The notes beneath the pieces were generated by a model. The model saw only the letters and a program-made list of their open reading frames with translations, ran no database searches and was not told the origin of the DNA. Below are positions 1 through 9,490 of a stretch of 64,000 nt of DNA, one piece after another. Origin of the DNA: a virus; the IMG/VR virus record IMGVR_UViG_3300021365_000003. One strand, written 5' to 3'. The position numbers and the translations under genes were made by a program. Position 1 is the stretch's first letter, and each line of letters begins with the position of its first letter.

Positions 1-549
1 TTTGGTTACACAGAAAGAGTTGCGGAGCCTTGGTTCGCACCAGCTGGCTTTAACCGTGGCGGCCTCTCAGATGGCTCAACCGGCATTGTAGCAACTGGCG
101 TTTCTAAGCGACTATCCTCAAAGGAGAGAGATGACTTATACGGCGTAAACGTTAACCCGATTGCGCAGTTCCCACAAGAAGGAATCGTTATCTTCGGACA
201 GAAAACACTTCAGGCTAGTGCTTCTGCGCTTGACCGAGTCAATGTTCGTCGACTTCTTATTTTCCTCAAGAAGGAAATTTCAAGAATCGCAAGTACAACT
301 TTATTCCAGCCGAATGTTCGTGACACTTGGGCTCAGTTCCTTCTTAGGGCACGGCCGCTCTTGAATGATGTCAAGGCTAAGTTTGGCTTAGAAGATTATA
401 GGCTCATTCTTGATGAGACAACAACAACACCTGATCTAGTCGATCGGAACATACTGTATGCAAAAGTACTCCTCAAGCCGACCAGGGCAGTTGAGTTTAT
501 TGCAATCGACTTCGAAATTTTCCGCTCCGGCGCAAGTTTTGATAGCTAA
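1..549 (+). CDS. Tail sheath protein, C-terminal part (T4 gp18-like), truncated by window start
   Basis: Frame 1 is open from base 1 (FGYTERVAEPWFAPAGFNRGG...DRVNVRRLL...KPTRAVEFIAIDF). WFAPAG.NRG, NVRRL and PTRAVEFI are sheath motifs. The ORF track shows only 361..549. Confidence 0.93.
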   Translation, partial: FGYTERVAEPWFAPAGFNRGGLSDGSTGIVATGVSKRLSSKERDDLYGVNVNPIAQFPQEGIVIFGQKTLQASASALDRVNVRRLLIFLKKEISRIASTTLFQPNVRDTWAQFLLRARPLLNDVKAKFGLEDYRLILDETTTTPDLVDRNILYAKVLLKPTRAVEFIAIDFEIFRSGASFDS

Positions 550-550
550 G

Positions 551-558
551 ACTATTTA
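551..558 (+). promoter_or_regulatory. Putative late-promoter motif ACTATTTA (also at 2213, 36758, 36803, 42490, 46728, 58823)
   Basis: The same 8-mer recurs in intergenic gaps shortly upstream of + strand genes, including the tail tube gene. Confidence 0.55.
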
Positions 559-578
559 AGATAAAGGAGAAATAATAA

Positions 579-1127
579 ATGGCATTTTGGAGCAGCAGCA
601 CAGAGACCGAACCCCGTCGTAATTTTAAGTTTTTACTTCGTGTAAACAATCTAGATACTTGGGTAGTGAAAGGAGTTAACCTTCCAACGATAACAGTTGG
701 CGAAGCAACACATCATTTCTTAAATCACAGGTTTTATTTTCCTGGAACTATAGAATACAACACTATTTCCTTTACTGTGGTCGACGCCATTAATGAATCG
801 ACTTCGCAGACAATTATTAAAAGCTTTGTTAATTCAGGATATAAGGTTCCCGATGGTCAAACGCCCGCCGCTACATCATTACTAACCAAAAGAGGGTCCG
901 TTGGGGCATTAGGAGAAGTAACGATTGAGCAGCTAGGGTCTGGTGAGGATGGTGAAAAAAATAAAATAGGGTTTACCCTTCAAAATGCTTGGGTGAAAAA
1001 CATTGAATTCCCTCAGTCTTTGTCTTACGATAATGAAGATTTAAGTGAAATTAAAGTTGAACTTCGTTACGACTTTTTCAATTTCCTTGACGGCGCCGAC
1101 CCAATTAAAGGCTTCGGCGGCTCATAA
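579..1127 (+). CDS. Tail tube protein (T4 gp19-like)
   Basis: Follows the sheath gene; 182 aa; EPRRNFKF...LP.I.V...FPG..EYN.I.FT..D and L.NAW...LSY pattern; SD AAGGAG. Confidence 0.88.
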   Translation: MAFWSSSTETEPRRNFKFLLRVNNLDTWVVKGVNLPTITVGEATHHFLNHRFYFPGTIEYNTISFTVVDAINESTSQTIIKSFVNSGYKVPDGQTPAATSLLTKRGSVGALGEVTIEQLGSGEDGEKNKIGFTLQNAWVKNIEFPQSLSYDNEDLSEIKVELRYDFFNFLDGADPIKGFGGS

Positions 1128-1154
1128 AAAGTTTATTAACCTCATAGGAGTATA

Positions 1155-2003
1155 ATGAGAAATAACCAAGACCGTTTGGGGGCTCCCGAAGTCCCCCAGG
1201 CATCCCCGGAACCAGCACCTGCAATGGCCCAGCAGGGTGCTGACTTTTCTTTTGTGGCCGCAAATGATATTGTTGAGCTTCCATCAAATGGTGAGTTCTA
1301 TCCAGAGGGTCATCCTCTTCGAAAGAACCCAACAATAGAAGTAAGACAAATGACCGCTAAGGAGGAAGACATTCTTCTAAACCAATCATACCTAAAGCAA
1401 GGCACTGTTGTTGAAAAGCTTTTACGCTCTTTGATGGTAACAAAAGACTTTGACTTAGACGACCTTTTGATTGGAGACAAGAATGCGATCTTGACCCAAG
1501 TGCGAAGATCTGCTTATGGTGATGAATACCCAGTTGAGGCAGTTTGCCGCTCTTGTATGAAAAAAACCGAAGTAACTTTTGACTTGGAGGAATGTGTTCG
1601 CAACAAACCTCTAACTTTGTCCGAAGGCGTTGAGGCAACAGGGAAAGGAACATTTACCTTTACAGCACCAAAGACAAAAGCCAAAGTTGAGATACGCTTT
1701 CTAACAGGCAAGGATGAAAAAGCCTTAGCCGACAAGGAAAAGAAATATAAAAAGCATAACGTTGACTTTTCAGCCGGCCTAGAAACTTACAGGCTCGTTA
1801 TTGTTTCTGTAAATGATAATCCGGACTTAGTTGGATCTTATGTAGAAAACATGCCTCTTCGGGACTCCAAGAAGCTCAAGCAGGTAATGAAAGACATCCA
1901 GCCAGGGGTTGAGATGAAGGGCGACTTTACTTGCCCTTCCTGTGATACGGAGGTTGAAATGGATCTACCAATCAACTTTCGCTTCCTTTGGCCTGACATC
2001 TAG
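1155..2003 (+). CDS. Baseplate hub / tail assembly chaperone (T4 gp26-like)
   Basis: VELPSNGEFYP, MTAKEEDIL, DLLIGDKNAIL..VR..YG and two CxxC motifs; lies between the tube and tape-measure genes. Confidence 0.8.
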   Translation: MRNNQDRLGAPEVPQASPEPAPAMAQQGADFSFVAANDIVELPSNGEFYPEGHPLRKNPTIEVRQMTAKEEDILLNQSYLKQGTVVEKLLRSLMVTKDFDLDDLLIGDKNAILTQVRRSAYGDEYPVEAVCRSCMKKTEVTFDLEECVRNKPLTLSEGVEATGKGTFTFTAPKTKAKVEIRFLTGKDEKALADKEKKYKKHNVDFSAGLETYRLVIVSVNDNPDLVGSYVENMPLRDSKKLKQVMKDIQPGVEMKGDFTCPSCDTEVEMDLPINFRFLWPDI

Positions 2004-2178
2004 TTACCAAGAAGCAATCTACGAAGAGTTGTTTGCCCTAAAATACCATGGCGGCTTTTCTTTGTTCGAATCTTATTCAATTCCAGTCGGCCTCAGAAAA
2101 TGGTTTATTCAAAGATTGATTAAACAAAAGGAAGACGAAAAAGAAGCAACGGAGAAAGCTAGAAAAAGCAACAAATAA
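1942..2178 (+). CDS. gp51-like small tail assembly ORF, possibly expressed by +1 frameshift from the upstream gene
   Basis: YEELFALKYHGGFS...Y..PV.LR.WFI..L pattern; contains no ATG; overlaps the end of 1155..2003 in the +1 frame. Confidence 0.6.
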   Translation: MIRRLKWIYQSTFASFGLTSSYQEAIYEELFALKYHGGFSLFESYSIPVGLRKWFIQRLIKQKEDEKEATEKARKSNK

Positions 2179-2179
2179 C

Positions 2180-2208
2180 AAAACCCGCTTTATGGCGGGT
2201 TTTCTTTT
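2180..2208 (+). terminator. Rho-independent terminator
   Basis: AAAACCCGC-TTTATG-GCGGGTTTT followed by CTTTT. Confidence 0.85.
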
Positions 2209-2239
2209 ATAAACTATTTACTGTGTTAGGAGGAAAATT

Positions 2240-2584
2240 ATGTCTGAACGAAAAGAAATTAATGAAGAGAACACATTGAATTTAAATTCAGGTGATTTGG
2301 TTCAAGAATATTATGCTGCCCGTCAAGGGGCTAAGTTAAAATCAACAATATTAAAGATGCTTGGATTTAAAGATTATTCAAGAATTTTTGATGTTTCCCA
2401 CATTACCGGAACAAGATCTCAAGTCGACTCTTTTACAAGGGCCATCGGTGGTGAAAAAAGATATATGAAAGCTGTTGAAAAATACGGTTTGAACAACCCT
2501 CGCACTTACGCTTCAAAGTCAAAGTTGAACACAGCTGTCAGGAACTTTGAGCGTGAAACTGGAATGAAGTGGCCCATTAAGTAA
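2240..2584 (+). CDS. Hypothetical protein (tail module)
   Basis: 114-aa ORF with SD AGGAGG and an upstream ACTATTTA motif. Confidence 0.7.
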   Translation: MSERKEINEENTLNLNSGDLVQEYYAARQGAKLKSTILKMLGFKDYSRIFDVSHITGTRSQVDSFTRAIGGEKRYMKAVEKYGLNNPRTYASKSKLNTAVRNFERETGMKWPIK

Positions 2585-2608
2585 TTTGGGTTTTAAGGTA
2601 ATTTTGTA

Positions 2609-5239
2609 ATGGCGAATGATGATCAAAATAAAACAAAGGAATTAGCTGGGATATCTAAAAAAGTTGCAAAAGGAAAAAAGCTCTCCCTTGAAGAACAAAA
2701 GCTTTTAAACTTAGAAAAGAAAAAAAGTTTAGATCTCTCGCTAAAAGAACTTGAAGCCCAAGTAAAGTCCGGCCAACTAACACAAGGGCAAGCGGATCTT
2801 GAAAGACAAATAGCATTAACAAAAAAGGAAATTTATGAGCTTTCGGAAGGCCAAGCCGAGATCGACGTCGAGCGCCTCGCAGGCCTCCAAAAAACGCTAG
2901 AATTAACAGAAAACCTTTCAAGCGCAATTAATGACTCTGCAACACAAGGCGGCCTCTTAGCTGATAAAATTGCCCCGATAAGTAATTCTTTCTCCAGAGC
3001 GGCAGTAGCTAGTCTTGAAGCTGGAGAGGGAGCTAAAGGCCTGGGCGCCGCACTTAAAGCCGCATTTGGGGCATATGCTTTTAACGCTGCTAAGGGCCTA
3101 AGTGTTTCAAAGATGTTCTTTTCAAGTTTGGAACTCCTTGCTGAAACAACCATAAAGGCAGTTTCTGCCCTTGATAGCGCCGGTGCTTCTTTCGTTCAGA
3201 ACACAGGGGCTTCTCGTGACTTTGCAAGAGCAGCATTTGAGACTAGAGATTCCTTGGGTCTTGTGGGCATCAGCGGCGCCGAAGCCGTTGGGGTAATGGG
3301 AGACCTTTACTCAAACTTTAGCGAGTTCTCAGAGTTGTCACGAGGCTCACAGCAAGGCTTTATAGAGTTATCTGCGCAAATAGAGAAACTTGGTGGCGAC
3401 GCCGCAGGTATGGCACAGACATTTACAAAAGTCGCAGGAATGTCATTAGCTGAAACAGAAACGGCAATGAGAGAAGTTGCCGGCGCAGCAGATGCTCTTG
3501 GTATACCTTTTAGTCAAGTGTCGGCTGACCTTGTCGGAATGGGCGAGCTGTTTGCAAAGATGGGTGATGGCGCACTTGACGTTTTCTTGGAACTACAAGC
3601 AGCCGCAAAAGCAACCGGAATGTCCGTTCAGAGCCTTTATAACATTGTGGGCCAATACGATACCTTTGAGGCCTCATCACAAGCAGCCGGACGCCTGAAC
3701 ATGGTCTTAGGTGGTAACTTGCTTGATACGTATTCTCTTTTGAATGCTACAGAAGAAGAAAGAATAGAACTATTACAAAGAGCAATGGAACAGTCTTCAA
3801 TGACTTTTGACGAAATGGATCGCTTCCAGAAAAGGGAAGTTTCAGATGCACTTAACATCTCGATGGAAGAGGCAGCACAGTTATTTGGAGCAACTCGTGA
3901 AGAAGTGCACGAAACAGCCGCAGAGCTAATGCATGCCGGGATGTCTGCAGAAGAGTTAGCCGATAGGACAAGAGAAGCTTCAACCGCAATGGATAAGTTT
4001 AAGGTTCTTATGGGCAACTTGGCGCTCATTGTTGGGCCTATTGTGCAAACTTTAAACGGGCTGGTTAATGGTCTCTTGAAACTTTCCGACGCCCTCGGCG
4101 GTTCAATAATTGGCTCTTTCGCTGCTCTGACCCTCGGCTTGATCGGTGCGAAGGCAGCATTTATACTATTTTCCAAGGCGGCGGGCGCTAGCGTCGAGTT
4201 CCTGGTCGACAAAGTCTCGTCGAAATTTAAAAGTCTAGTAGGTTCTGCCGCAGAGGCTTCTGAAGGTGTTGAAGAGATTGCAGGAAATACCGGTGATGCA
4301 GTTAAAAGCTTCGGTAAGAAAGCCGCCGAGGGCTCCAAGGGCTTGCTGGCGTTTGGCGCAGCAATGCTTATGGTCGGCGCCGGCATTGGTTTGGCTGCTT
4401 GGGGGATGTCGACATTGGTTGCGGCGTTCGGTGATTTAAATGGTGGCCAGATCGCCGGTGCTGTTCTTGCAATTGGGCTGCTTGGTGCCGCAATTGTTGG
4501 CCTTGGCTATCTAATGGCGACCGCAGGTGCGCCCGCAATTGCCGGGTTCTCGGCATTTGGCGTCGCTATGCTTGCGGTCGGTGCCGGCACGTTCGTCGCT
4601 GCTCTTGGGGTGTCAAAACTAGTTGCGAGCTTTGCAGGGATGGATGCAGGAAACATTTTGGCAATAGGAGAAAGTTTGCTTAAAATGTCCCTTGGGGCGC
4701 TAGCCCTCGCAGCAGCTGTAGCAGTTCTAGCTATACCCGGCGCCGGATTCGGGATTAGAAAGTTAGGAAAAATGTTCCGGAAGGTTAGAGAGCAGATAGA
4801 TCTATTAAATGTTGAAAAAGTATCGTCCTTTGCCACAGTCCTTTCTTCTATGGCGCAACTAGCATCAATGTCCTTAACAGATACGGGAGTGCCTGAATAT
4901 ATAGCTGCTATTGGTAAAGCTTTAGATGAACTCCCCGATAGCACAGAAAAAACGGTTGCTTTCAAGGCAACAGCAGACTCATTGGCCAACCTAATGCGAA
5001 TTGCCTCAACCGTCGAAGCTGAACAAGTAGCAAGAATAGAGACGATTATTGGCGCCGTCTCAAACGCTGAAGGTGCTGAAAGCACTAACCAGCTGGTTGC
5101 AGCAATTAGCAGACTGGTCAACGAGCGAGCCAACAATGAAGGAACAACGAACGTGATAGAGCTTGATGGGCGAGTGTTGGCTAAGTGGCTTGACCGCTAT
5201 GATACTGCAAGATTTACGGGCGCCGCTCTCGCTCGATAA
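2609..5239 (+). CDS. Tape measure protein
   Basis: 876 aa, Ala/Gly-rich and helical, with hydrophobic repeated segments; canonical position after the chaperone genes. Confidence 0.85.
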   Translation: MANDDQNKTKELAGISKKVAKGKKLSLEEQKLLNLEKKKSLDLSLKELEAQVKSGQLTQGQADLERQIALTKKEIYELSEGQAEIDVERLAGLQKTLELTENLSSAINDSATQGGLLADKIAPISNSFSRAAVASLEAGEGAKGLGAALKAAFGAYAFNAAKGLSVSKMFFSSLELLAETTIKAVSALDSAGASFVQNTGASRDFARAAFETRDSLGLVGISGAEAVGVMGDLYSNFSEFSELSRGSQQGFIELSAQIEKLGGDAAGMAQTFTKVAGMSLAETETAMREVAGAADALGIPFSQVSADLVGMGELFAKMGDGALDVFLELQAAAKATGMSVQSLYNIVGQYDTFEASSQAAGRLNMVLGGNLLDTYSLLNATEEERIELLQRAMEQSSMTFDEMDRFQKREVSDALNISMEEAAQLFGATREEVHETAAELMHAGMSAEELADRTREASTAMDKFKVLMGNLALIVGPIVQTLNGLVNGLLKLSDALGGSIIGSFAALTLGLIGAKAAFILFSKAAGASVEFLVDKVSSKFKSLVGSAAEASEGVEEIAGNTGDAVKSFGKKAAEGSKGLLAFGAAMLMVGAGIGLAAWGMSTLVAAFGDLNGGQIAGAVLAIGLLGAAIVGLGYLMATAGAPAIAGFSAFGVAMLAVGAGTFVAALGVSKLVASFAGMDAGNILAIGESLLKMSLGALALAAAVAVLAIPGAGFGIRKLGKMFRKVREQIDLLNVEKVSSFATVLSSMAQLASMSLTDTGVPEYIAAIGKALDELPDSTEKTVAFKATADSLANLMRIASTVEAEQVARIETIIGAVSNAEGAESTNQLVAAISRLVNERANNEGTTNVIELDGRVLAKWLDRYDTARFTGAALAR

Positions 5240-5253
5240 AATAGGAGAAACTG

Positions 5254-6042
5254 ATGGCAAATTATATATCTACATATGCGCAAAAAAAGCAATATTATTT
5301 TCAATTCTATTCTGTAATCTCCGGTATGTTTGTTGCATTCCCGGCCTTGATAACTCAGTTGGAAGATAAGTTTTCTCCGAATTGGACTTCTGAGAACGTT
5401 TTTGGACGACAGGATCCAATCTTAACTTTTCAAAACACTGAAAGAACAATCGATGTTGCTTTTGATGTGCCCTCCGACAGTATCGAAACGGCAGAAAGAA
5501 ACTTAACCAATCTCAACCGATTGATTAGTTTTCTTTATCCAGCATATTCAACTAGTGGCACTTCAAATACGATATCAGCATCTCCTTTATTGCGTATAAA
5601 GTTTGCAAATTTGATTTATGACCATTCAAAAGGAATTTCCGGTGACAGCCCAGAATCTGGACTAGTTTGCGGCATAAACAACTTTTCCCATAGTTTTAAA
5701 TTTGATGGGTCTGCCGGCTGGGTTGATAAAGTTGGTTCGGCAATTCCTGCTTTCTTCTCAATAAGTTTTTCAGCCACAATCCTTCACACCCACGACCTGG
5801 GATATGTTGAAGGTATGCCAGCAACAAACATGACCGAATTTCCTTATTTTATATCCGACTCTACACCCTCAACTTCCGAAGGTCGCATTGGAAGGGCCTT
5901 GGCAAGTATTGATTCCGCAGCTGCCGGCGCTACCGAAGCTGGCCAAGCAGCTGTCGCTCTTGGCTTCACAGCAACGAATGCCTTATCCGAGGCAAGTACG
6001 GCCGGTGATACAAGCGGGATAACAGAATCCGGAACCGACTAG
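5254..6042 (+). CDS. Baseplate / tail-tube initiator protein (gp48/gp54-like)
   Basis: W....FGR.DPI..F.NT.R.I...F and LYP.Y...PLLRIKF motifs; directly after the tape measure gene. Confidence 0.65.
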   Translation: MANYISTYAQKKQYYFQFYSVISGMFVAFPALITQLEDKFSPNWTSENVFGRQDPILTFQNTERTIDVAFDVPSDSIETAERNLTNLNRLISFLYPAYSTSGTSNTISASPLLRIKFANLIYDHSKGISGDSPESGLVCGINNFSHSFKFDGSAGWVDKVGSAIPAFFSISFSATILHTHDLGYVEGMPATNMTEFPYFISDSTPSTSEGRIGRALASIDSAAAGATEAGQAAVALGFTATNALSEASTAGDTSGITESGTD

Positions 6043-6057
6043 CAAAAGAGTTAAACA

Positions 6058-6393
6058 ATGTCAAGATATTTAAACAAAAGAATTTTCCAAGCCAATAGAG
6101 CGCCGGCAACAAGAGAAATGCTAAGATCCAGAGACCTAATAAACACCAGGTTGATTGAAACAGCTCATATCCAGCCTCTCTCCAACGAGGAAAGGAAAAA
6201 ATATTCAATGCGAACTGCTATTTGGCAAAGAAGAACAAGGTTGTTTAAATTAGCTTTTGAATTTTATGGAGACTCAAAGCTTTGGTGGGTTATTGCTTGG
6301 TTCAATCAAAAGCCAACCGACGCACACTTTTCTGTGGGGGATGAAGTTTTGATTCCTTTTCCTTTGGAGCAAATCTACGAGAGGTTTATCTAA
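6058..6393 (+). CDS. Baseplate wedge LysM-like protein (gp53/tail X-like)
   Basis: RL.KLAFEFYGDSKLWWVIAWFN...GD.VLIP motif. Confidence 0.78.
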   Translation: MSRYLNKRIFQANRAPATREMLRSRDLINTRLIETAHIQPLSNEERKKYSMRTAIWQRRTRLFKLAFEFYGDSKLWWVIAWFNQKPTDAHFSVGDEVLIPFPLEQIYERFI

Positions 6394-9300
6394 ATGGCTG
6401 CGCTTTCAGATAGTGACCGAGAGCTGCTAAGGGAAAATGTAAGGTTGACTCGGGACATCATAGAACCTTGGTTGGCTTTCACCCAGGCGAAGCAGAGACA
6501 AGGAGCCACATTTGAACTAGGCAGCTTCCAGGAACAAAATTTCACTTGGGAATTTCGAGACGTGCTCCGGAGCGGCCGGCCGAGGTTTGAAGGGGAGCTG
6601 GTTACACGTAGGATGCGGGAAGACGCCCTCGACGAACGCAAGGCAAACCGAGACTTGGTCGTCACCAGTGGCCACGACGCCGATGAAGTGCGTGAACTTG
6701 AAATTCAAATCAGAGACGACCCTGGTAGCGTAACCAGTACTTCAGAGCAATTCGAAACAACCGACGAAAACGAAGCGGCAAACTTTCTGTTAAACAGGCA
6801 GCAAGGAGTGTTGGCATGTCTTAACGAACGAATAATTGAGAGCTTTTTTGATTTAGAAAACACCAGTCAGACAAACATCGTGCAAGTAAGCACACCAGAT
6901 GAGCACCTGTTGATCAATTTTCTTTTAAGAAGACCCGACCTTCTTCCATTTTTTGCGATCAGAACTCCTTATCTATCTTTATTAGTGCCAAAAATAAGAC
7001 TGTATAAAAAAATATATAAAAAAAACAACGATGGGTCATACAGTGAAATCGACAACGGGATATTAGAATTTAAATTTAAATCATTTACAGAAAATAAATC
7101 ACTTGAAAGAATAACTCAATCTAAATCTGGAAGAGCCGGCGGCGCTGGAATTAAAAGTGTTAATTGGTCGTACGAAGGCAACAATCCAGAAACCGTTAGA
7201 TCGTTTGTTAATTTTGATATATCGTTATTCTTTCAAAGCTTAAGCGACTTTATTGGAATTAGTGCCAATGATGCACAAGCTGCCCTAGAGGACCCCAGAA
7301 ATACTGACTTGATCAGCCTTATTGGTGCTGGTGTTGGAATCGCAAACGGTGATGATGAATCTGCGCAACCTCTTTATAAATATGAAATTTTAGCACATGT
7401 AGGTTGGGAAATTGATCATAAAATCAACCACGACCTTGCCAACGATCAAAGTGTAAGAGCACTAAAAGAGATCATCAACCAAACAAATACCAGATTGCGT
7501 CTATCTTTAAAGGATCATAGCCTAAACTTCAATGCCGACGGCACATTAACTTTAGACATTAGCTATTTTTCAGCTATCGATGAGTATTTTTCTGACGAGT
7601 CGCTTAACATACTAAGAATCGGTCTTCCTCCCGCTATCGAGTCAGTTAATCAAGCAGCTGCAAATACTGCCGGCCAAACGGAGCAAGAATCTCCAGCCGA
7701 CAAGCAAGAATTGGATCCTTGTGCGACTTCTAGAACTAGCACTAGCGACAACTCTGCCGATACTGACACCGACACCGACGAGTTGAACGAACGAGAGGTT
7801 GCTCTATTGGATGCGTTGAGAACTACTGGAAATGATAATATTATTCAAAATTATAATAATATATTTACTGGACTGCTGGAAGGCAACAAGGTTTGGAAAG
7901 TTACAATAAACGCAGACGTCATTGAAGAAATAAGAGCCGCCGAAGTTAAGGAATCTCGGGTTCCGTTTAACGATGACTTCAGAAGCCTCGAAATAAGGCG
8001 CCTTACAGAAAGTGTCCTAATGAACCTTAGCGCTAATTCCCAATTCAATGTCAGCCAGGGGTTCTTCCACCAGGGAACTGGAATCGACCCCGGCGAAGTC
8101 GCTGCTAGCGCCGCCGCCGCCGACACACCGAACCTTTCTGATGCTGATCTGGATGCAGCTCAACGAGAAAGACTTCTAGAAAACTATAGCGAGAACGACG
8201 GCGCCCGGCTTGTAATAAACTTTATAAGATTAGGAGACCTCATAGACAGAGTTGTTGAGGGCCTAAAAAACACAGAAGGCACTGCTTTGAAGGAAAGATC
8301 GGACGATTTTAAATTTATTACCGGGCTCTACACCTATAGAGATATGGACAACACTAGAAAAGCTTATAATTATTCCGATATGCTCATTTCAATTGATGGC
8401 TTTAGATCTTTCTTTATTGAAAATATCATAAGGCCATTAAAAACAAGGTACAGCTTGACTGCTTTTATTAAGGATTTGGCAAGTAAGTTTTCCTATGTCA
8501 ACTCAATTAGATTGGCTTCATCTGGTGACATTGTTAGCCCTGAAGGAGTGCCGCATGTTGCTTCTTTTGAAGGTCCGGACATAGGTATAAGCGACCAGCT
8601 TCGAGACGCTGCAACCCGAGACGCTATATTCGGCGGTCCCGGCCTGGCGCCTGACCTCCAGGCCGGTATAGATTATAGGAATAGCGTTGCTGACAAGGAG
8701 CCTGTCTATGCAGGAAGTGTTGGCAATGTGATATCCGCCGCTCCATCGTCTGGCGATCAAAGGTTAATCTCTTATTTTATCCTACGCAGTAATGGTCAGA
8801 CCATAGAGCGCAAAGCTGATGAAGAAGAGGATGCTCGGGTAGGGATATATCACGTGAAGTTAGGTTCAGACAGAGGTATTTTAAAATCAATTAAATTTCG
8901 AAAAGATGAAATTGAAGGACGCCGAGAAGGCAGGATTGTCCGTGCTGGTGGTTTAAACCTGTCAGCACTAAGAGAAAAGTATGATGCTACGATAACAATC
9001 TTTGGTGCCCCTTTCATTTTTCCAGGGACGTATATATATATCAACCCATCAATGGTCGGCTATGGTCACGGTTCTACTTCTGCAGCAAGAGTTTTAGGCT
9101 TGGGTGGGTATTATTTTATTAATAAAGTTATAAACTCAATTGGATCCGATGGAAAATTTGAAACAGAAGTTGAAGCTAGTTGGGAGGCGTTTTCCGGCAC
9201 CAGTTGCAACAGACCTGAATTGGAAATCATTCAGGCCGGTTCCAGCGCAGCGGATGAAGTACTTCAAGAACCGCCCACCGCCCTTGAGAGACTTGCGTCG

Positions 9301-9483
9301 GCTGCTAGCGACATAGTTACAAGCGCCGGCCAAGCCTTAAACAACAATTATAGCCAGCCAGCAGCTGCAGCGGTTACACAAGCCGGCCAGACCTTAAACA
9401 ACAATGTTAGCCAGCCAGCAGCCGCAGCGACCACACAAGCCGGCCGAAACGTGAACTCAACACTCTCAGATCTCGGATTTTAA
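6394..9483 (+). CDS. Large baseplate hub-like structural protein
   Basis: 1029 aa; C-terminal YDATITIFG.PFIFPGTYIYI...LGLGGYYFI.KV...F.T resembles the end of gp27/GpD-type hubs; position in the tail module. Confidence 0.6.
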   Translation: MAALSDSDRELLRENVRLTRDIIEPWLAFTQAKQRQGATFELGSFQEQNFTWEFRDVLRSGRPRFEGELVTRRMREDALDERKANRDLVVTSGHDADEVRELEIQIRDDPGSVTSTSEQFETTDENEAANFLLNRQQGVLACLNERIIESFFDLENTSQTNIVQVSTPDEHLLINFLLRRPDLLPFFAIRTPYLSLLVPKIRLYKKIYKKNNDGSYSEIDNGILEFKFKSFTENKSLERITQSKSGRAGGAGIKSVNWSYEGNNPETVRSFVNFDISLFFQSLSDFIGISANDAQAALEDPRNTDLISLIGAGVGIANGDDESAQPLYKYEILAHVGWEIDHKINHDLANDQSVRALKEIINQTNTRLRLSLKDHSLNFNADGTLTLDISYFSAIDEYFSDESLNILRIGLPPAIESVNQAAANTAGQTEQESPADKQELDPCATSRTSTSDNSADTDTDTDELNEREVALLDALRTTGNDNIIQNYNNIFTGLLEGNKVWKVTINADVIEEIRAAEVKESRVPFNDDFRSLEIRRLTESVLMNLSANSQFNVSQGFFHQGTGIDPGEVAASAAAADTPNLSDADLDAAQRERLLENYSENDGARLVINFIRLGDLIDRVVEGLKNTEGTALKERSDDFKFITGLYTYRDMDNTRKAYNYSDMLISIDGFRSFFIENIIRPLKTRYSLTAFIKDLASKFSYVNSIRLASSGDIVSPEGVPHVASFEGPDIGISDQLRDAATRDAIFGGPGLAPDLQAGIDYRNSVADKEPVYAGSVGNVISAAPSSGDQRLISYFILRSNGQTIERKADEEEDARVGIYHVKLGSDRGILKSIKFRKDEIEGRREGRIVRAGGLNLSALREKYDATITIFGAPFIFPGTYIYINPSMVGYGHGSTSAARVLGLGGYYFINKVINSIGSDGKFETEVEASWEAFSGTSCNRPELEIIQAGSSAADEVLQEPPTALERLASAASDIVTSAGQALNNNYSQPAAAAVTQAGQTLNNNVSQPAAAATTQAGRNVNSTLSDLGF

Positions 9484-9490
9484 TAATTAA

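Noticed and set aside
2655-5136. Long minus-strand ORFs inside the tape measure gene
   Set aside because: Antisense shadows of an Ala/Gly-rich gene; the whole window is coded on the + strand.
9318-9445. 54-bp tandem repeat at the end of the 1029-aa baseplate gene
   Set aside because: An ordinary low-complexity coding duplication (TQAGQTLNNNVSQPAAAA).
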